Positions 25,020 through 38,086 of a DNA stretch of 64,000 nt are shown here, piece after piece. Numbering within the stretch: position 1 is the first letter of the stretch; each line of letters starts with the position of its first letter. The notes beneath the pieces are model-generated. The model was not told the DNA's origin. It did not search any database and saw only the letters and a list, made by a program, of their open reading frames with translations. Both the position numbers and the translations under genes were made by a program. This stretch comes from the human T2T-CHM13v2.0 reference genome, Homo sapiens: assembly GCF_009914755.1 (NCBI RefSeq), contig NC_060935.1; one strand, 5' to 3'.

Positions 25020-27145
25020 CTTTCCTTTATAATTGATAAATAATTATATATATTTACGGGGTATGGTATAATGTTTCAGTACATATATACATTGTGGCAT
25101 GATCAAATTAGACTAGCATATTCGTCACCTCAAATATATATCATTTCTTTGTGGTGAAAACATTTAAAATCCTCTTTTTAAACTATTTTGAAATGTACAA
25201 TACATTATTATTAATTATAGTCACCATGCTATGCCTATCTAACTGAAACTATATCCTCCGACCAATGTCTTGCCTTTCCCTGTCCACCTTTCCCACCCCA
25301 CCACCAGCTTCTGGTAACCACCATTTTACTCTTTCTTCTATGAGTCTGGCTTTTTTGGATTCCATATATAAGCGAGACCATATCGTATTTGTCTCTCTGT
25401 GCCTGGCTTATTTCACTTGGCATAATGTCCTCTAGGTTCATCCATGTTGTCACAAATGGCAGATGTTTCTGTTTTTTTAATGGATGAGTAATATTCCATT
25501 GTGTATACATACCACATTTAAAAACTCTATTCATCTGTTGATGGGCATTTCAATTGTTTCCATATCTTGGCTATTGTGAATACTGCTACAGTGAACGTGG
25601 GAGTGCAGACATCTCTTTGACATTGATTTCAATTCCTTTGAGTATATACCCAGAAGTGGATTGCTGGGTCATGTGGTAATTCTATTTTTAGTTTTTCAAA
25701 GGACCTCCATACTGTTTTCCAAAATGCCTATACTGATTTACAGTACCACCAACAGTGTACAAGCGTTCTCTTTCTTCCATAGTCTCACCAACACTTGTCA
25801 TCTTTGCCTTTTTGATAATAGCCAGCCTAACAGGTGTGAGATGATAGCTCATTGTGGTTTTAAGTTTCATTTTGCTGATGATTGAGATGTTGAGCATTTT
25901 TCCTATATCTGTTGGCCATTTGTATGTCTTCATTTCAGAAAGTATTCAAGTCCTTTGCCTATTTTTTAATACGGTTATTTGTGTTCTTGTTATTGAGAAA
26001 TTTGAGTTCTTCATCTATTTTGGATATCAGCTCCTTATCCAATGTATGATTTGCAAATATTTCCCCCCAGTCTCTGTGTCGTCTCTTCATTCTATTAATT
26101 GCTTCCTTTGTTGTGGAGCTTTTTAGTGTGATGCAGTCCCATTTGTTTATTTTTGCTTTCGTTGCCTATGATTTTGGGGTCACATCCAAGAAATCATTGC
26201 CCAGACAAGCGTCATAGAGCTTTTCTCCTATGTTTGCCTCTAGTAATTTTTCAGTTCCAGGTCTGATATTTAAGTGTTTAAGTCTTTAATCCATTTTGAC
26301 TTGATTTTTATATATGGCATAAGTCAAGAATTTAATTTCATTATTCTGCATGTAGATGTCCAGTTATCCGAAAATTGTTTATTTAAGAGACTGTTCTTTC
26401 CCCCATTGTGTGTTCTTGGCATCTTTGTTGAAAAGCAGTTGATCATAGATATGTGAATTTATTTCTGGGCTCTGTAGCCTATTCCATTGGTCTGTGTGTG
26501 TTTTTATGCCAGTAACATGCTGTTTTGATTACTATAGCTTTGTAATACATTTTGAAATCTTGTAGTGTGATGCCACCAAGCTTTGTTTTTTTTCCTTTGG
26601 TCAATATTGCTTTGGCTATTTGGGGTCTCTCATGGTTCCATTGAATTTTAGGATTGTTTTTCCTATTTCTGTGAAAAATGACATTGGAATTTTGATAGGG
26701 ATTTCATTGAATCTATAGATTGCTTTGGGTAGTATGGACATTTTAACAATACTAATTGTTCTACTTCATGAACATAGGTTAGAAGACATGGAAACACCTT
26801 TCCGTTTATTTGTGTCATCTTCAATTTTTTATCAATATTTTATGCTTTCAGTATACAGAGCTTTCATTTCCTGGGTTAAATCTTATTTTCTTTGATGCTT
26901 TTATAAATAGGATTGTTTTCATAATTTCTTTTTTCAAATAGTTCATTGTTAGTGTATAGAAATGCTACTGGTGTCTGTATATTGATTTTATATCCTGTAA
27001 CTTTACTAAGTTCTTTTATAAGTTATAACACATTTTTGGTGGAGTCTAAAGGATTTTCTATACATAAGATCATGTAGTCAGCAGAGACAGTTTCACTTCT
27101 TCCTTTACTATTTGGATGCCTTTTCTTTCTTTTTCTTGCCTAATT
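25020..27145 (-). mobile_element. L1MA-type LINE-1, 3' ~2.1 kb
   Basis: 3'UTR CATTTCTTTGTGGTGAAAACATTTAAAATC; minus ORFs 25235-25534 (TTWMNLEDIMPSEISQAQRDKY) and 25688-25933 (TTMSYHLTPVRLAIIKK) are ORF2 C-terminus. Confidence 0.92.
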
Positions 27146-28234
27146 ACTAAAATGAGGTAGGCAAGACTGTGAAAGCAGCAGTGCATTTCTAGATAATGTG
27201 ATCTATCACAAAGGAAACTGACCACTCATGAGATAAAGCTACTACTATCAACTCATTTAACTGGAAGGTCCCAGGTTCATTAGTTTCTGATTACTTAAGG
27301 CTAACCAGACAAATACTTTTTTCCAATCCTTGGAAAACTTTCAACTCAAAACCCACTATCTTCCCAAATGTACATGGTAATCTCTGCTTGATGACTGAGG
27401 ATTTCACAGTGTCTTGGTGTCATCCTTTAAATATTTATTCCTATCAATCAGATTAAACCTGTATCCAAGTGTTAATATATACAATCTGTTTCCAACCCCA
27501 CCCCACACTCTGCTTCCCTTTTCTCTTTTCCATCCCCTTCCTTCTGTCCTCTTGTCTTTCTTTGCACCATTATTTTCCAGCAAAATTAACTCTGGAAAAT
27601 ACTGGGGACAATAGTCTTTTATACCTTTGGCTGAATTCCTTCTTTAGGCAGTTAAAGCTCACAAATGGGTCAAATATCCAAATGTCTATTTGTAAAAAGG
27701 TTGTTGCATTTCATCAAATCTCAAAAACCATTGGTTATAACATTCACTATGATTTATGTGCCACTCAGAAAAAAAAGTTACTGCCAATTAAACTATGAAA
27801 CGATGCATTCTCATCACTTCAAATGTTTCTACCCATTATAAAGTTCTCTTATACTTAACTAGACATAACTTTCTATCATATAACTATTGTGCAAGCATAA
27901 AAAAGACAGGCAAAATACATTGAATAAGTATTCCTCAAACATCTCCAATTAGAGGCTGAGTTTTCAGAATCACTTCTGAGTCATTGATATGTGTATTTTT
28001 CTCCATAATATCACCCTCTGTGCCAACATAATCACTGGTGATTTAATGTCTCTGGAATGAATTCTTAAAAGAATGAAAAGCCTTCACTGGGGCTAGGTTC
28101 CAAGCCGCCTCCTTGGCAATGACATAAAGTGCTTCTACTTTTGACTCTGGCCTCACCTGACTTCTGATCCACTATCACCCATCCCTTGTTCTATAGTCAT
28201 TTCATTCTCAGGGTTAAAAGAGGAGTTCCCTGTG

Positions 28235-28440
28235 GCCTCATCGTTGTGCTTTAATGTGCACCAAGGTACTCTCCATGGACTGTCTTGTCAATCCTTAACA
28301 GCAACCTCATGGGTACTATTGTTATCCCAGTCTACAGGTGAAGAAGCTGAGGCTTCCGAAGATTAAGTAGCAGTCATCAACCACTGTGTGTGGCAAGACA
28401 GGGAGCAGGGGAAGCACAGGTTTGGATGCAAGCAGCCCTA
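28235..28440 (-). mobile_element. MIR
   Basis: AATCCTTAACAGCAACCTC...TACAGGTGAAGAAGCTGAGGCT. Confidence 0.7.
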
Positions 28441-28521
28441 TTCTCAAATCTTGTCTTTAGCCCTTGTCACCTGTGCAATCCTGGGGAACTTATTCTGTAT
28501 CTCAGAGTCTGTTTTACCAGC

Positions 28522-29324
28522 TACTATGATCTGTTTTTAACTCATAACACTTCTAACACCAAATGTGAGGGTTTTCCACACCAACAACCAATTTTCATAC
28601 TCTCCAGACACCAACCATTCCAACAATTCCATTCAATTCTGACTCTAACTACCCAGTGACATTGACCAATCAGCTATAAATTAGGATTTTCCACACCTCC
28701 TTCCTTGGGTTTGATAATTTGCTAGAATGGCTCACAGAACTCAGGAAAGCATTTTATTTACATGGACTGGTTTATTATAAACGGTACAGATTAGTAGTCC
28801 AAAGGAGAGTTGCATAAGATGAGGTCTGGAAAGATCCTGATTGCAGGAGTCTCCATTCTGTAAAATTAGAGTGTGCCACCCTCCTGGCATGTGGATGCAT
28901 TCCAACCCAAAGGCTCTCTAAACCCAAAGGCTGTCTAAACTTAGAAGTTTAGAGATTTTTTTTTTTGTAGAGGTTTCATTAAGTGGCATAATTGATTAAA
29001 TCATTGGCCATTAGTGATTAGCTCAATCGCCAGCCCCTCCCTCCTCCCTGGAATTGGGGAGTGGAGAGGGCTGATTGCTCCAATCCTCTAATTGCATGGT
29101 TGGTTCCTCTGGCAGCCAGCCCCCATCTTGAAGTTTTCTAGGGGCCCACAAAGGGTCACCTCATTATCATAAACTCAGGTGTGGTTGGAAGGGGCTTGTA
29201 TGAATAGCAAAAGATGCTCCTTTCACTCCTATGGCTCGGGAAGTTCCAAGCGTTTTAGAAACTCTCTGCCAGGAACCCAAGACAAAGACCAAATATATAT
29301 TTCTTATTGTATCACAATATCATA
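28522..29324 (-). mobile_element. MER21 (ERVL-class) solo LTR
   Basis: GATAATTTGCTAGAATGGCTCACAGAACTCAGG; terminus ACCAAATATATATTTCTTATTGTATCACAATATCA; 5-bp TSD CCAGC (28517 / 29325). Confidence 0.85.
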
Positions 29325-29344
29325 CCAGCTAAGTGGCAGTGATA

Positions 29345-29600
29345 CACACTGGGGTCTATAAGAGGGTGGAGGGTAGGAGGAGAGAGAGGATCAGAAAAAA
29401 ATAACTAATAGGTACTAGGCTTAATACCTGGGTGATGAAATTTTGTACAACAAACCTCCTGAAATGAGATTACCCTGGATCATCCAGATGGGCACCACAT
29501 AATCACACCGGTCCTTAGAAAAAGGATATAGGAAGAGTCATTCATTTTACTTATGTAACAAACCTGCACATGTACCCCTGAATTTAAAAGTTAAAAAAAA
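29345..29600 (+). mobile_element. L1PA15/16-like 3' end, 5'-truncated, with internal foreign insert
   Basis: GAGGATCAGAAAAAATAACTAATAGGTACTAGGCTTAATACCTGGGTGATG...AAACCTGCACATGTACCCCTGAA; perfect 14-bp TSD AAGTGGCAGTGATA (29331 / 29599). Confidence 0.9.
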
Positions 29601-30159
29601 GTGGCAGTGATAATATTGACCTCACAGAGAGGTTGCGAGCTGTGGATGGGATAACCTATGTAATAGGCCCAACATGATACCTGTGTTTATTTTCTATGTC
29701 CCAATGTGCTCATTCACATATTTGGCTCCTTAATCATTCATACATGACATGATCAAGAAATACATTTTTATGAATGAACACTGTGACTGATGCAATTTCC
29801 TAGGTAACTGAGGGTTAATTAGAAATCCTCTTTTGTTTCAACCCTTGTTAAAAATCCTTAGAACATGTCAGAATTCATTTTTCTTACATGCGCTGAGCGT
29901 GATTTAATCTTCCATTCATTCTGAACATCAGTCCTCATTACCCAGGGCTGCAGGTATAGCCAAGGATAATGTGGGATATTGAGAGTAACATACAAATTGG
30001 TTTAAAAAAATTAATTACAAGTACAATTTTTAAAAGTAACTTACCCTTTTGATCAGACCTTCAGCAAAACGCCCATGTATTTGAAGTTATATAATTAAAA
30101 GCTAGATAATAGAAGCATTCTTTCTTTATGTTCAATTGCCACTCAAATGTTTAGTCGAT

Positions 30160-31610
30160 CACACATGTAAAAAATAATCTTTCAGGGCCTACTATGTGTC
30201 AGGCAAATGGCTGGTATACCAGATGGACGTGGTTGCTGTCTGCATGAAGCTACTGTCTAGTGGGGAGGACAGACAATTAGCAGGGGAGATAGTGGGTGCT
30301 ATGGGAAGCCATGGCAAGAATCCCAACTCAGTCTTAAGTTGTCAGTCTTGGGTCTAGTGAGGGTGGTGGTGGTGGTGATGGTCAGGACAGGGAAGGCATC
30401 CTGAAGGAAGTGATGGTTAAACCAAGTGCTTCAGGATGAGTTGGAGTTAGGCAAAGGGAAAGGTTGTAACCTGTACAAGGGTGTAACTAGTATTGTCCAA
30501 GCTGCTGGGGTCGGTATGGTTGGAATAGAGGGTGGGTCTGGGAAGTTGAGAACGGGGTAAGGAGAGGGGCTAGGTTATGCTCCTGGCTGATTGTCTCATG
30601 GGAGTCTTATATAACTCTAGTCATTCATTCTTGCATTGAACATTTATTTGGTACTGAGGATGCTGAAAGTACTGACTGTGTTAGGTTAAGTGCAGTCAAG
30701 TATGGTAAGGGGGTGAGAGATGGGCACAGAATACCAAGCCATGGCTGTCTTGTTAACTGTTGAACCTGACTGCCCAGTCTACACACCTCCTGGCATCGAC
30801 TAGGCATTCAGTGAACTCTAGGTGATTGACTAACTCAATGAATGAATGGAGGCTTGGTTTAACCTTCACCCTCCCTCAACAACTATTCCCATTATTTTCT
30901 TTGTGCAGGATAAACATCTTGAAACACCTCTGCCCCATCGCTAAGTAGGCCAATCTTCCACAGCGTCTAGAAACCAGTACAGAAAAAATGCAGTTTGACC
31001 TTGCTGTCATTGTTTGCAGTGTAATGAGGAAAACAGGCATTAAATAACTAACCATACAAATAATTGTGTAATTAAAACTGTGGCACATGATACAAAGAAG
31101 ATGTACAGGATGATGGAAGGGCACATAAAGGAGAAAGCCCAGGAAGCCTTTATTGAGATATTGATGTTTAACTAGGTTTAGAAGGGGCAAAAGGAGGTGG
31201 GAAGAATGTCTCATGCCGAGGGAGGAATACGATGCAAAGGCCTTGGCAGGACAAAAGGCCAGTGTGGCTGGACCCTGGGGATCATCTAGGAGAATGGCTG
31301 GAGATGGATGGGTCTAGAGCCTGGAGGAGATTCCCCTACAAGGTCTCTCAGCCATGTTGGAGATTTTGGTCTTTGACTTAAGAGTCCTAGTGAGATATTG
31401 AAATGTTTTAAACATGAGAGATATGTGATCAAATCACATTGGCTGCTGTGAGGAGAACAGATCGGAGAGGTACAAGAAAGGACACTGGGACACACACACA
31501 CACACACGCACACACACACACACACACACACACCCTTCAACAGGCTGACAATGCCCTGTGTACAGATAGCAGTAAGAGCATGAAACTGAGATCTGATTCA
31601 GAGAAGACTG
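30160..31610 (-). mobile_element. L2 relics (~30160-30600 and ~31000-31610, small L2 tail pieces between)
   Basis: GCCTACTATGTGTCAGGCA; TGCAAAGGCCTTGGCAGGA; GGAGATTTTGGTCTTTGAC; TGGCTGCTGTGAGGAGAACAG. Confidence 0.7.
31490..31533. repeat. (CA)n microsatellite with one interruption
   Basis: ~22 CA units with one CG. Confidence 0.95.
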
Positions 31611-32439
31611 AAGTCATTGCACGTCATTTCTTCCTAATCTTTTAGAAACAACCCACTCCTTCATTCTGTCTTATGGTGGGCACTTGTAAGTGGGCTGCTA
31701 CTTCTTATTTATTTTTTAACCAATTTTGTGAAACAACAGATGTGGTGCTTCTCTTGTGGTTGTTATTCTCAAAGAGAGGATGTTGGTTGCAGCAGACAAT
31801 TTATCGGAGCCCATTTTCTCCCTTGGCTTCAGCAGGGAGCCAGGGGCTGGGGGTGCTAAGTTGGGCAGGAGTGGAATCCACCCTTCTGTCAGCCGCTGGC
31901 TTGAAAGCAAGCATTAGCACGTATTCAATTTGGTCTGGGAGCTCTCCTCTGGACACCGAACCTGGTCCTTATCTATTTTTCCCATTAATAATGAGCTGTT
32001 AAATCACATTGCTCATGCCATTTGCAAGATAGCAACGTGTGGTTTAATTGTGCCTGCTCTGTTCCCCCATCATCTCAATCCTCCTCCTAATGGCTTGGCA
32101 GGCGGGGCAGGGCTGCTTGGGAACCACTGGCTCAGGCCTGCCATTTCCTGGTCTAGCAATCTCCAGTTTTAGAAACAGGGACTGCTGTGGCGGAAGTGGA
32201 GTGGAGCTCCGAATGTGAGGGCCCTGGGGAGGGGAGACTGTGTGCACTCACACCTGCACTCTCCCTCCTCCCCATCATCCCAGAGGCCCTCTCAGAAATC
32301 CTAATGGTTGAGGAAAGGGGGCTGGCCTGGCAAGAGGCTGGGCCTCCATTCCTATTTCCCCTGCTCATTGCCTGAGGCTTTCAAACAGTTCCCGCTCCTA
32401 TCTGGTTTTTGCTGGCGGCACAGGCAAGTTGCTGAGTTC

Positions 32440-32560
32440 TTGTGATAAGGCTGGCTGATACATAAGGATAATTACGTCTGTGGGTTTGGAATCACTCAAA
32501 ACCAAAGGTGAAATGACTCAACACAGAGGAGGGCTTTCCCCAGAGAGGTGACTCATGCGC
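32440..32560. promoter_or_regulatory. Candidate enhancer motif cluster (AP-1 x2, kB-like, GATA)
   Basis: TGACTCA at 32514 and 32549 flanking GGGCTTTCCC at 32531; TGATAA near 32443. Motifs only. Confidence 0.3.
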
Positions 32561-33199
32561 TGGTGGTGGATATGGCTAGAAAGGAGGTGCATTTCTCAAA
32601 TGTGAGAAGTTGACCTTTCTCTGCTGTTGCTGGGAGAGCCCAGGTGTGGGAGAGCTGGCCAGGATCAGAGGGCAGGGCTCAGGTGGCCTGCAGAAGCCTG
32701 CAGTGATGTTGGGAGATGGTGGCATCATAGCAAGGGCCCAGGGCTCTGGTTCCACCCTGCCACCAACTGGCTGTGTAAACTTAAACAAGTCCCCCTGTGG
32801 CTGCCTTGGCCCTAGAGTCCCAACCTTTACAGCAAGTGTGACAATAGGCTATATAAAAAGTATCATTCTCTCTCTTCCAGTAGCTTCAAGAATGTGCTTG
32901 TTTCCCTTGACTAAAGCAGCTTAGAAGTGGATTGTCCTGTGTTTTTGGTGTTTTAATTTCAGCTGCCCCTTCCACCATCGGGAGAAATGTGGTCCCTTTT
33001 AGGATAAGATCTGAGATGCAGTCCCGCCCAAAGAGGTCCCCCTACCTACCCATCAAGGTGTCTGAAACACCCACATTTAGATCTAACTGGAGAGGGAGGC
33101 CAGGTAACGTAGTAAAAAGAGCTTGAGCTTTGGGAATGAGACATGAATCTTGGGCATCATATTCCTCATACCACTTCCTTCTTCCTGAAGTCACAGTTA

Positions 33200-33764
33200 C
33201 CTTGTCCTGCTGCCACCTATGGCAGCATCCTTGCTAGAATCTCTGAGCTGAAGCCCTGGGACAGCATGGCCTTCATGCCCTCTATGCCAGGCCTTATCCT
33301 TGCTGAGTTGCTCCTCCACTGCGACACTTGGATGAAATGCTACACTGCAGGATATGGTTTCTGACCTTCTCAGTGGCCACCAATGGTCTGCAATGACGGA
33401 GAAGTATACAGTCAGCTCTCCATGGAGTTGGACCAATGAGAAGGAAGAAACTTGAAAGAGATGGGCAGTGCATCCCCACTCTCTCTCCCTGCCATGGACC
33501 ACTCTGAGATACAGTTTGTCCTTGCAAATCTTTTGCAGAAAGTCCCACATGCTGAGCAAGGACACCTGTCAGGTGACCTGCTGCATCTGCCAGCAGCTTG
33601 TGGTAAAGCAGTGGCCAGCACACTAAGGCATCTCTTTGCATCCTTTTGCTCCTTTCTTCACATGGGTTTTCTTCTCTCCTCTTTCTCACTGTCCTGGGCT
33701 TGCACTTCCCAAAGAGTGTTTACACTGCTCAAGCTCTGCTTTCTACAAGACCCAGACTAAGACA
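33200..33764 (+). mobile_element. LTR16-family (ERVL) solo LTR
   Basis: GGACCAATGAGA...GGACCACTCTGAGA...; terminus CAAGCTCTGCTTTCT...ACCCAGACTAAGACA. Confidence 0.7.
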
Positions 33765-33965
33765 TCTGGCTTGGAATTTGGATCTGCCCCTTGATAGGTG
33801 TGTGAGATTGAGCAAATTCTTCACATCTTCTAAAATGTCAGTTTTCTTCTCTGTAAAATAGGCATAATAACATCTATGTTTTAGAGTTCAGAAAAGTAGA
33901 TATAATTGTATCAAGTACTTAGCACAGAGCCTAGTATAGATGCGTAGTGAGTGTTCAATAAGGGA
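33765..33965 (+). mobile_element. MIR
   Basis: TGTGTGAGATTGAGCAAATT...CAGTTTTCTTCTCTGTAAAATAGG...TACTTAGCACAGAGCCT. Confidence 0.75.
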
Positions 33966-33983
33966 CAACTCCTCTTATTATTA

Positions 33984-34300
33984 TTATTATCGTTATTATT
34001 ATTTTTTTGAGACGGAGTCTTGTTCTGTTGCCAAGCTGGAGTGGAGTGCAGTGGCGCAATCTCGGCTCACTGCAACCTCTGCTTCCCAGGTTCAAGTGAT
34101 TCTCCTGCCTCAGCCTTCTGAGTAGCTGGGACTATAGGCACCAGCCACCATGACACCACGACTGGCTAATTTTTGTATCTTTAGTAGAGACGAGGTTTCA
34201 CCATCTTGGGCAGGATGGTCTCCATCTCTTGACCTTGTGATCCGCCTGCCTGGGCTTCCCAAAGTGCTGGGATTACAGGCATGAGCCACTGTGCCTGGCC
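33984..34300 (-). mobile_element. AluSc-like with (TTA)n tail
   Basis: CAGGATGGTCTCCATCTCTTGACCTTGTGATCC diagnostic; TSD CTTATTATTA (33974 / 34301). Confidence 0.93.
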
Positions 34301-34336
34301 CTTATTATTATCTTTATGGTTGCTGCTATTGTTGTT

Positions 34337-34752
34337 TGTGGTAGAAATGGCTAGCTGTCTCCAAAGATTTGGGCTCCCCCTCCACAGTGAAGAGTTATTG
34401 CTCAGAAGCCCTGCCCAGCCAGGAACTCCATTCCTCAACCTTTCTTGCATCTAGGGAAAGTCATGTGGCTAAGTTCTGGCAAATACAGCGTGGATAGAAG
34501 TGATGTAATGCCTCTTCCAGATGGGCTCATAAAATGTTCTTGCTGTGGTTTAACCATGTGCTGAAGATGGTGCAGCAACCATCAGCCTGGATCCCTGAAT
34601 GGCTGTAGAACCGGCCCCCCACTGCCCACCTGCTCCTCCCCTCACTCTATCATTGAACTCTGTATGAACAAGGAATGAGTTCCCTTTGTGTTGAACCACC
34701 AAGAGTTTGGATCTTACCTGTTAAAGCAGCTAATACTACCTTAATAATTACA
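34337..34752 (+). mobile_element. MLT1I/J-like MaLR solo LTR
   Basis: TGTGGTAG start; CATGTGGCTAAGTTCTGGC; CAGCCTGGATCCCTGAATG; ends TAATTACA. Confidence 0.75.
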
Positions 34753-34859
34753 TTGTTATTGCTGTTGTTCCTTTATTATTATTATTACTAATTATTATAT
34801 TATTACTAATTATTATAAAATATAGAATAAGATCTCCCCTGAGAGGTCGTTTTCAGGCT

Positions 34860-36010
34860 TTTCTAGTGGTTAACTGTGTAGACTCTGGAGTTAGAATGCC
34901 TAGATGTGAATTCCAACTCCATCACTTAGCCCTGTGAATTACTTAAACTTTTTTATAAATAGGCATATGGATATTATGGGACTTGGATAAAGAAATCTAT
35001 ATGAAGAATAGGAAAATGTCTGGCCCAGAGTAAAAGTTCAATAAAAGTTAACTACCACAACCACCATCTCTGCTATCACTGCCATCATCATCTCCATCTT
35101 CATCATCACCACCATCATTATTTATCAATGGAGAATCAGGCACTGGGTGAATGGGAGGTGGACTGTGGTCTGGTCCTGGGGTTGAAGAGAGGCATGCAGA
35201 AGATTGAGAACATGGTGCACAGGTGCAAAACAGACAGTCGAACACGGGAAGAGGAAGTAAGGAAGGTGGTCCTGAAGATAGACAGGGCCCCCTTTGAATT
35301 TGGTGACCAGAAGGCTACATTTTTCTGGCAGGCGGTTTTTTTTTAGTCCTACTGGCCAACAAAGATCAGAATACATCCTGCAGGTAGAGCACTGTGCTGG
35401 ACACTGTGGGAGATACAGTGAAGAAGGAGCTGAGGGAGGGGACTCTGAACTCCTGGGAGGCACCAGGCATGGGACTAGGCACTTTATTCATGTTAACTTG
35501 TTTAATCCTCATCACAAACCTTATGAAGTTGCTATGATCCCCACTTTATAGATAAGGAAGCTGATACAAGGTACTTGATGGAATTATGCCATATTCACAT
35601 AGTAAATTTTGGAGCTAAGATTTGAATTTTAACTGGGTAGGGACTCTGGTCTCTCGAGCCACATCCATTTGCCAAGGGTAATTCAGCAGAATGTCAAGAT
35701 GTAGCTAGGAAAAAGCAGAAAGTGTTAGGAGACTGATACTTGCCCATTTCCACTAGCTGGATCTAGCTCTGTGGCTTTTGGCAGCCCTCTTTATTGTCTC
35801 TGGGCCTCTGATTTTTTTTTTTTTTTTTTTAAATAAGAGAGAAAGGGAGATGGAGGGAAGTTACATGTGCCAGGTACCATATTAGGCTCTAAATAGAGCA
35901 ACCATATCATTTAATCTTTCCAATAGTTTACAAGGTAGGTGACGTTATTATCCCCATAGTACAGGTGAGAAATACTGAGGCAGAAAGCGAGATTAAGTCA
36001 CTTGCCCATT
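34860..36010. mobile_element. MIR relics (+ ~34860-35060; - ~35450-35670; - ~35860-36010)
   Basis: GACTCTGGAGTTAGAATGCCTAG; TTTAATCCTCATCACAAACC...GATAAGGAAGCTGA; ACAGGTGAGAAATACTGAGGCAGA. Confidence 0.7.
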
Positions 36011-37439
36011 CTCTGTTGTAGACTCAACTTCTTAGCTATGTCATCCTGTCATATGTCCTTGTGTCAACAATGTCTTTGTGGTGCAAAGCCCAAGTCATTT
36101 TGCTTTACCACGCTGTGCATCTTCAAGACTTTTTCCAGATCTTAGTTTGCTCAGTCTCATCTATAGAATTTCTTCAGGAAACAACACAAGAAAAACAACA
36201 ATTTGATTATCTAGCTCTACATTCACCTATCCTCACTTTCCCAGACTAAGGTAATGAAAGTGGAACCAAGTAGCCTCGTTTGAAGCACAGGATCAGGGAT
36301 CTTAGTTCTCTTGGCTAGAAAACCCCTCCCTCCCACCACCAGAGAATCATAGCTATGGGTTCCTAGATGCCTCCATGTTTTTAAGGATTGGGGAGGAGCA
36401 ATTTAAATACAAATTTTGCATCCTTTCTTCCTTCCCTCCCAGTTCCTTTTAGTATATGTTCTGTGACATTAACCAAGGCCCAGCCGACACAGAGAACAAG
36501 GCCAGAGGTTGTTTGGGTTTAAATGAAAGTTGACACAACTCAAGGTTTATCTGCCTCAGTGGGCAGCTCTCCAGAGAATGGAGTTTTTGGACATGTTGGG
36601 GAGTTTTCTGCCTCTTAATGAGCTCCTTCTAGCCTGCCAGGTGATAGCAGGGGGTTAGCAATTGCTTTAGGGGATTCGATAACAAGAATGAGGACTGCAT
36701 CTCAGACGGTGTGCCTGCCTGCCTGCCTGCCTGCCGCCAGAGTCATCATTAATGCAAACAGCTGAACCGCTGAACTGCTCGGAGCACCTCAAATGTGGGA
36801 GCCAGAGCCTGGTGGGGAGGGAGAACCAGGTCATTGTAAAGGCCATTGTCCTTTTGAATATGACCATCCCATTACAGACTGGAGGTCTCATGACCCCCAA
36901 ACAACAGTGTGGAACAGATGTTGATGTAGCCTGGGACCAGGGAAAGGGGAGCCAAGCGTCAGCCTGGTCTCTCTAGTGCCATGAAAGTCCTCCAGGCACC
37001 TGTGATTCTACTTCTCTCCAAGGAGGGGAGACAATAGTGAGGAAAAGAACATTGCATGAGGAAGTGAGGTTACTATGCTGCCTGCTGGACCAGAAGGGAG
37101 TTCTATGTATCCCCTCCCCGGAATCAAGAAGATTTTGCCCCACTCACAACTTGGGATACTGAGAGCCACTGTTGCTCAGAGGCCTGCGGTAAAAGAGGTT
37201 TATCTGCTTTCTAATCCTAACCTGAATCCTTTTCCAAATGAACAAAACTAGTTGGAAACATGATACTGCCAATCTCTTCCCGATTACTTGAGTCATCTCT
37301 GAAATTGAGTGGGCTGGTTCTTTTCAAGATAGATTCTCCATCAGTCTGTCCTATGAACCCAAATAATCATTGGCATTTGCACCTTGCTTCGTGGTTTCCA
37401 AAGCATTTCCACTCACCCTCATCTGAACCGGTTGTGTGG

Positions 37440-37670
37440 GGTGAAGGTTCAGAGCCTGGGCTCTGGGGTTTGGTAGAGTTGGTTTGATTCCAGCTCCACC
37501 ACTTCCTGGCTGAGACACCAGGACAAACGTGCTTAACCTCAGCTTCCTGCTGTGGAAAGTGAGGATAGTAATTCCCACCTCACAGAGGTTTGGGGGAAGG
37601 CGAGACGATGCATTTAAAGCCCTTAGCTCACGGTCTAGCATTCAGTGAGCTGCTATTGTTATTACCCTGA
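37440..37670 (+). mobile_element. MIR
   Basis: CCAGCTCCACCACTTCCTGGCTG...CTTAACCTCAGCTTCC...CCCACCTCACAGAGG. Confidence 0.75.
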
Positions 37671-38086
37671 ATTCTTACAACACTATGACATAGGTGGGGT
37701 AAATATCAAGCACTCCTGACTTAGAATGTAAGCCTGCCTCATGGGCAGAGACCGTATCTCTTTCACTTACCCACAGAATAAGTCACAGAAGGTCCCTTTC
37801 TGGACCGGGTAGAACTGGGTTGACTTGTAAGACGTGCTGCTTCTGGAGAAGTGCTGCTTCTGTCTTCCTTAGCCTTGACGTTCCATCAGCAGGTCCTTCT
37901 GCTGGATTCTTGCAGTGAGATATGAGAGATGAGGCACAGGGACCCCCGCCTCCATGCTCACCCCCAGCTCCCAATGAGCAGCTCAGAACACACAAATCCA
38001 GACCCTCCCACCTTCCTCTCTCTCCTCTGACCAAACACGCACCCTGGTTTAGCTTGAGCTGTTGCCCACCACAAGTGGTTAAAGGA

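Larger units (their letters stand above)
28455..29690 (+). mobile_element. MIR split by MER21 and L1 insertions (pieces ~28455-28521 and ~29613-29690)
   Basis: CTGTGCAATCCTGGGGAAC...TCTCAGAGTC on the left continues as GATAATATTGACCTCACAGAGAGGTTG on the right. Confidence 0.6.
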
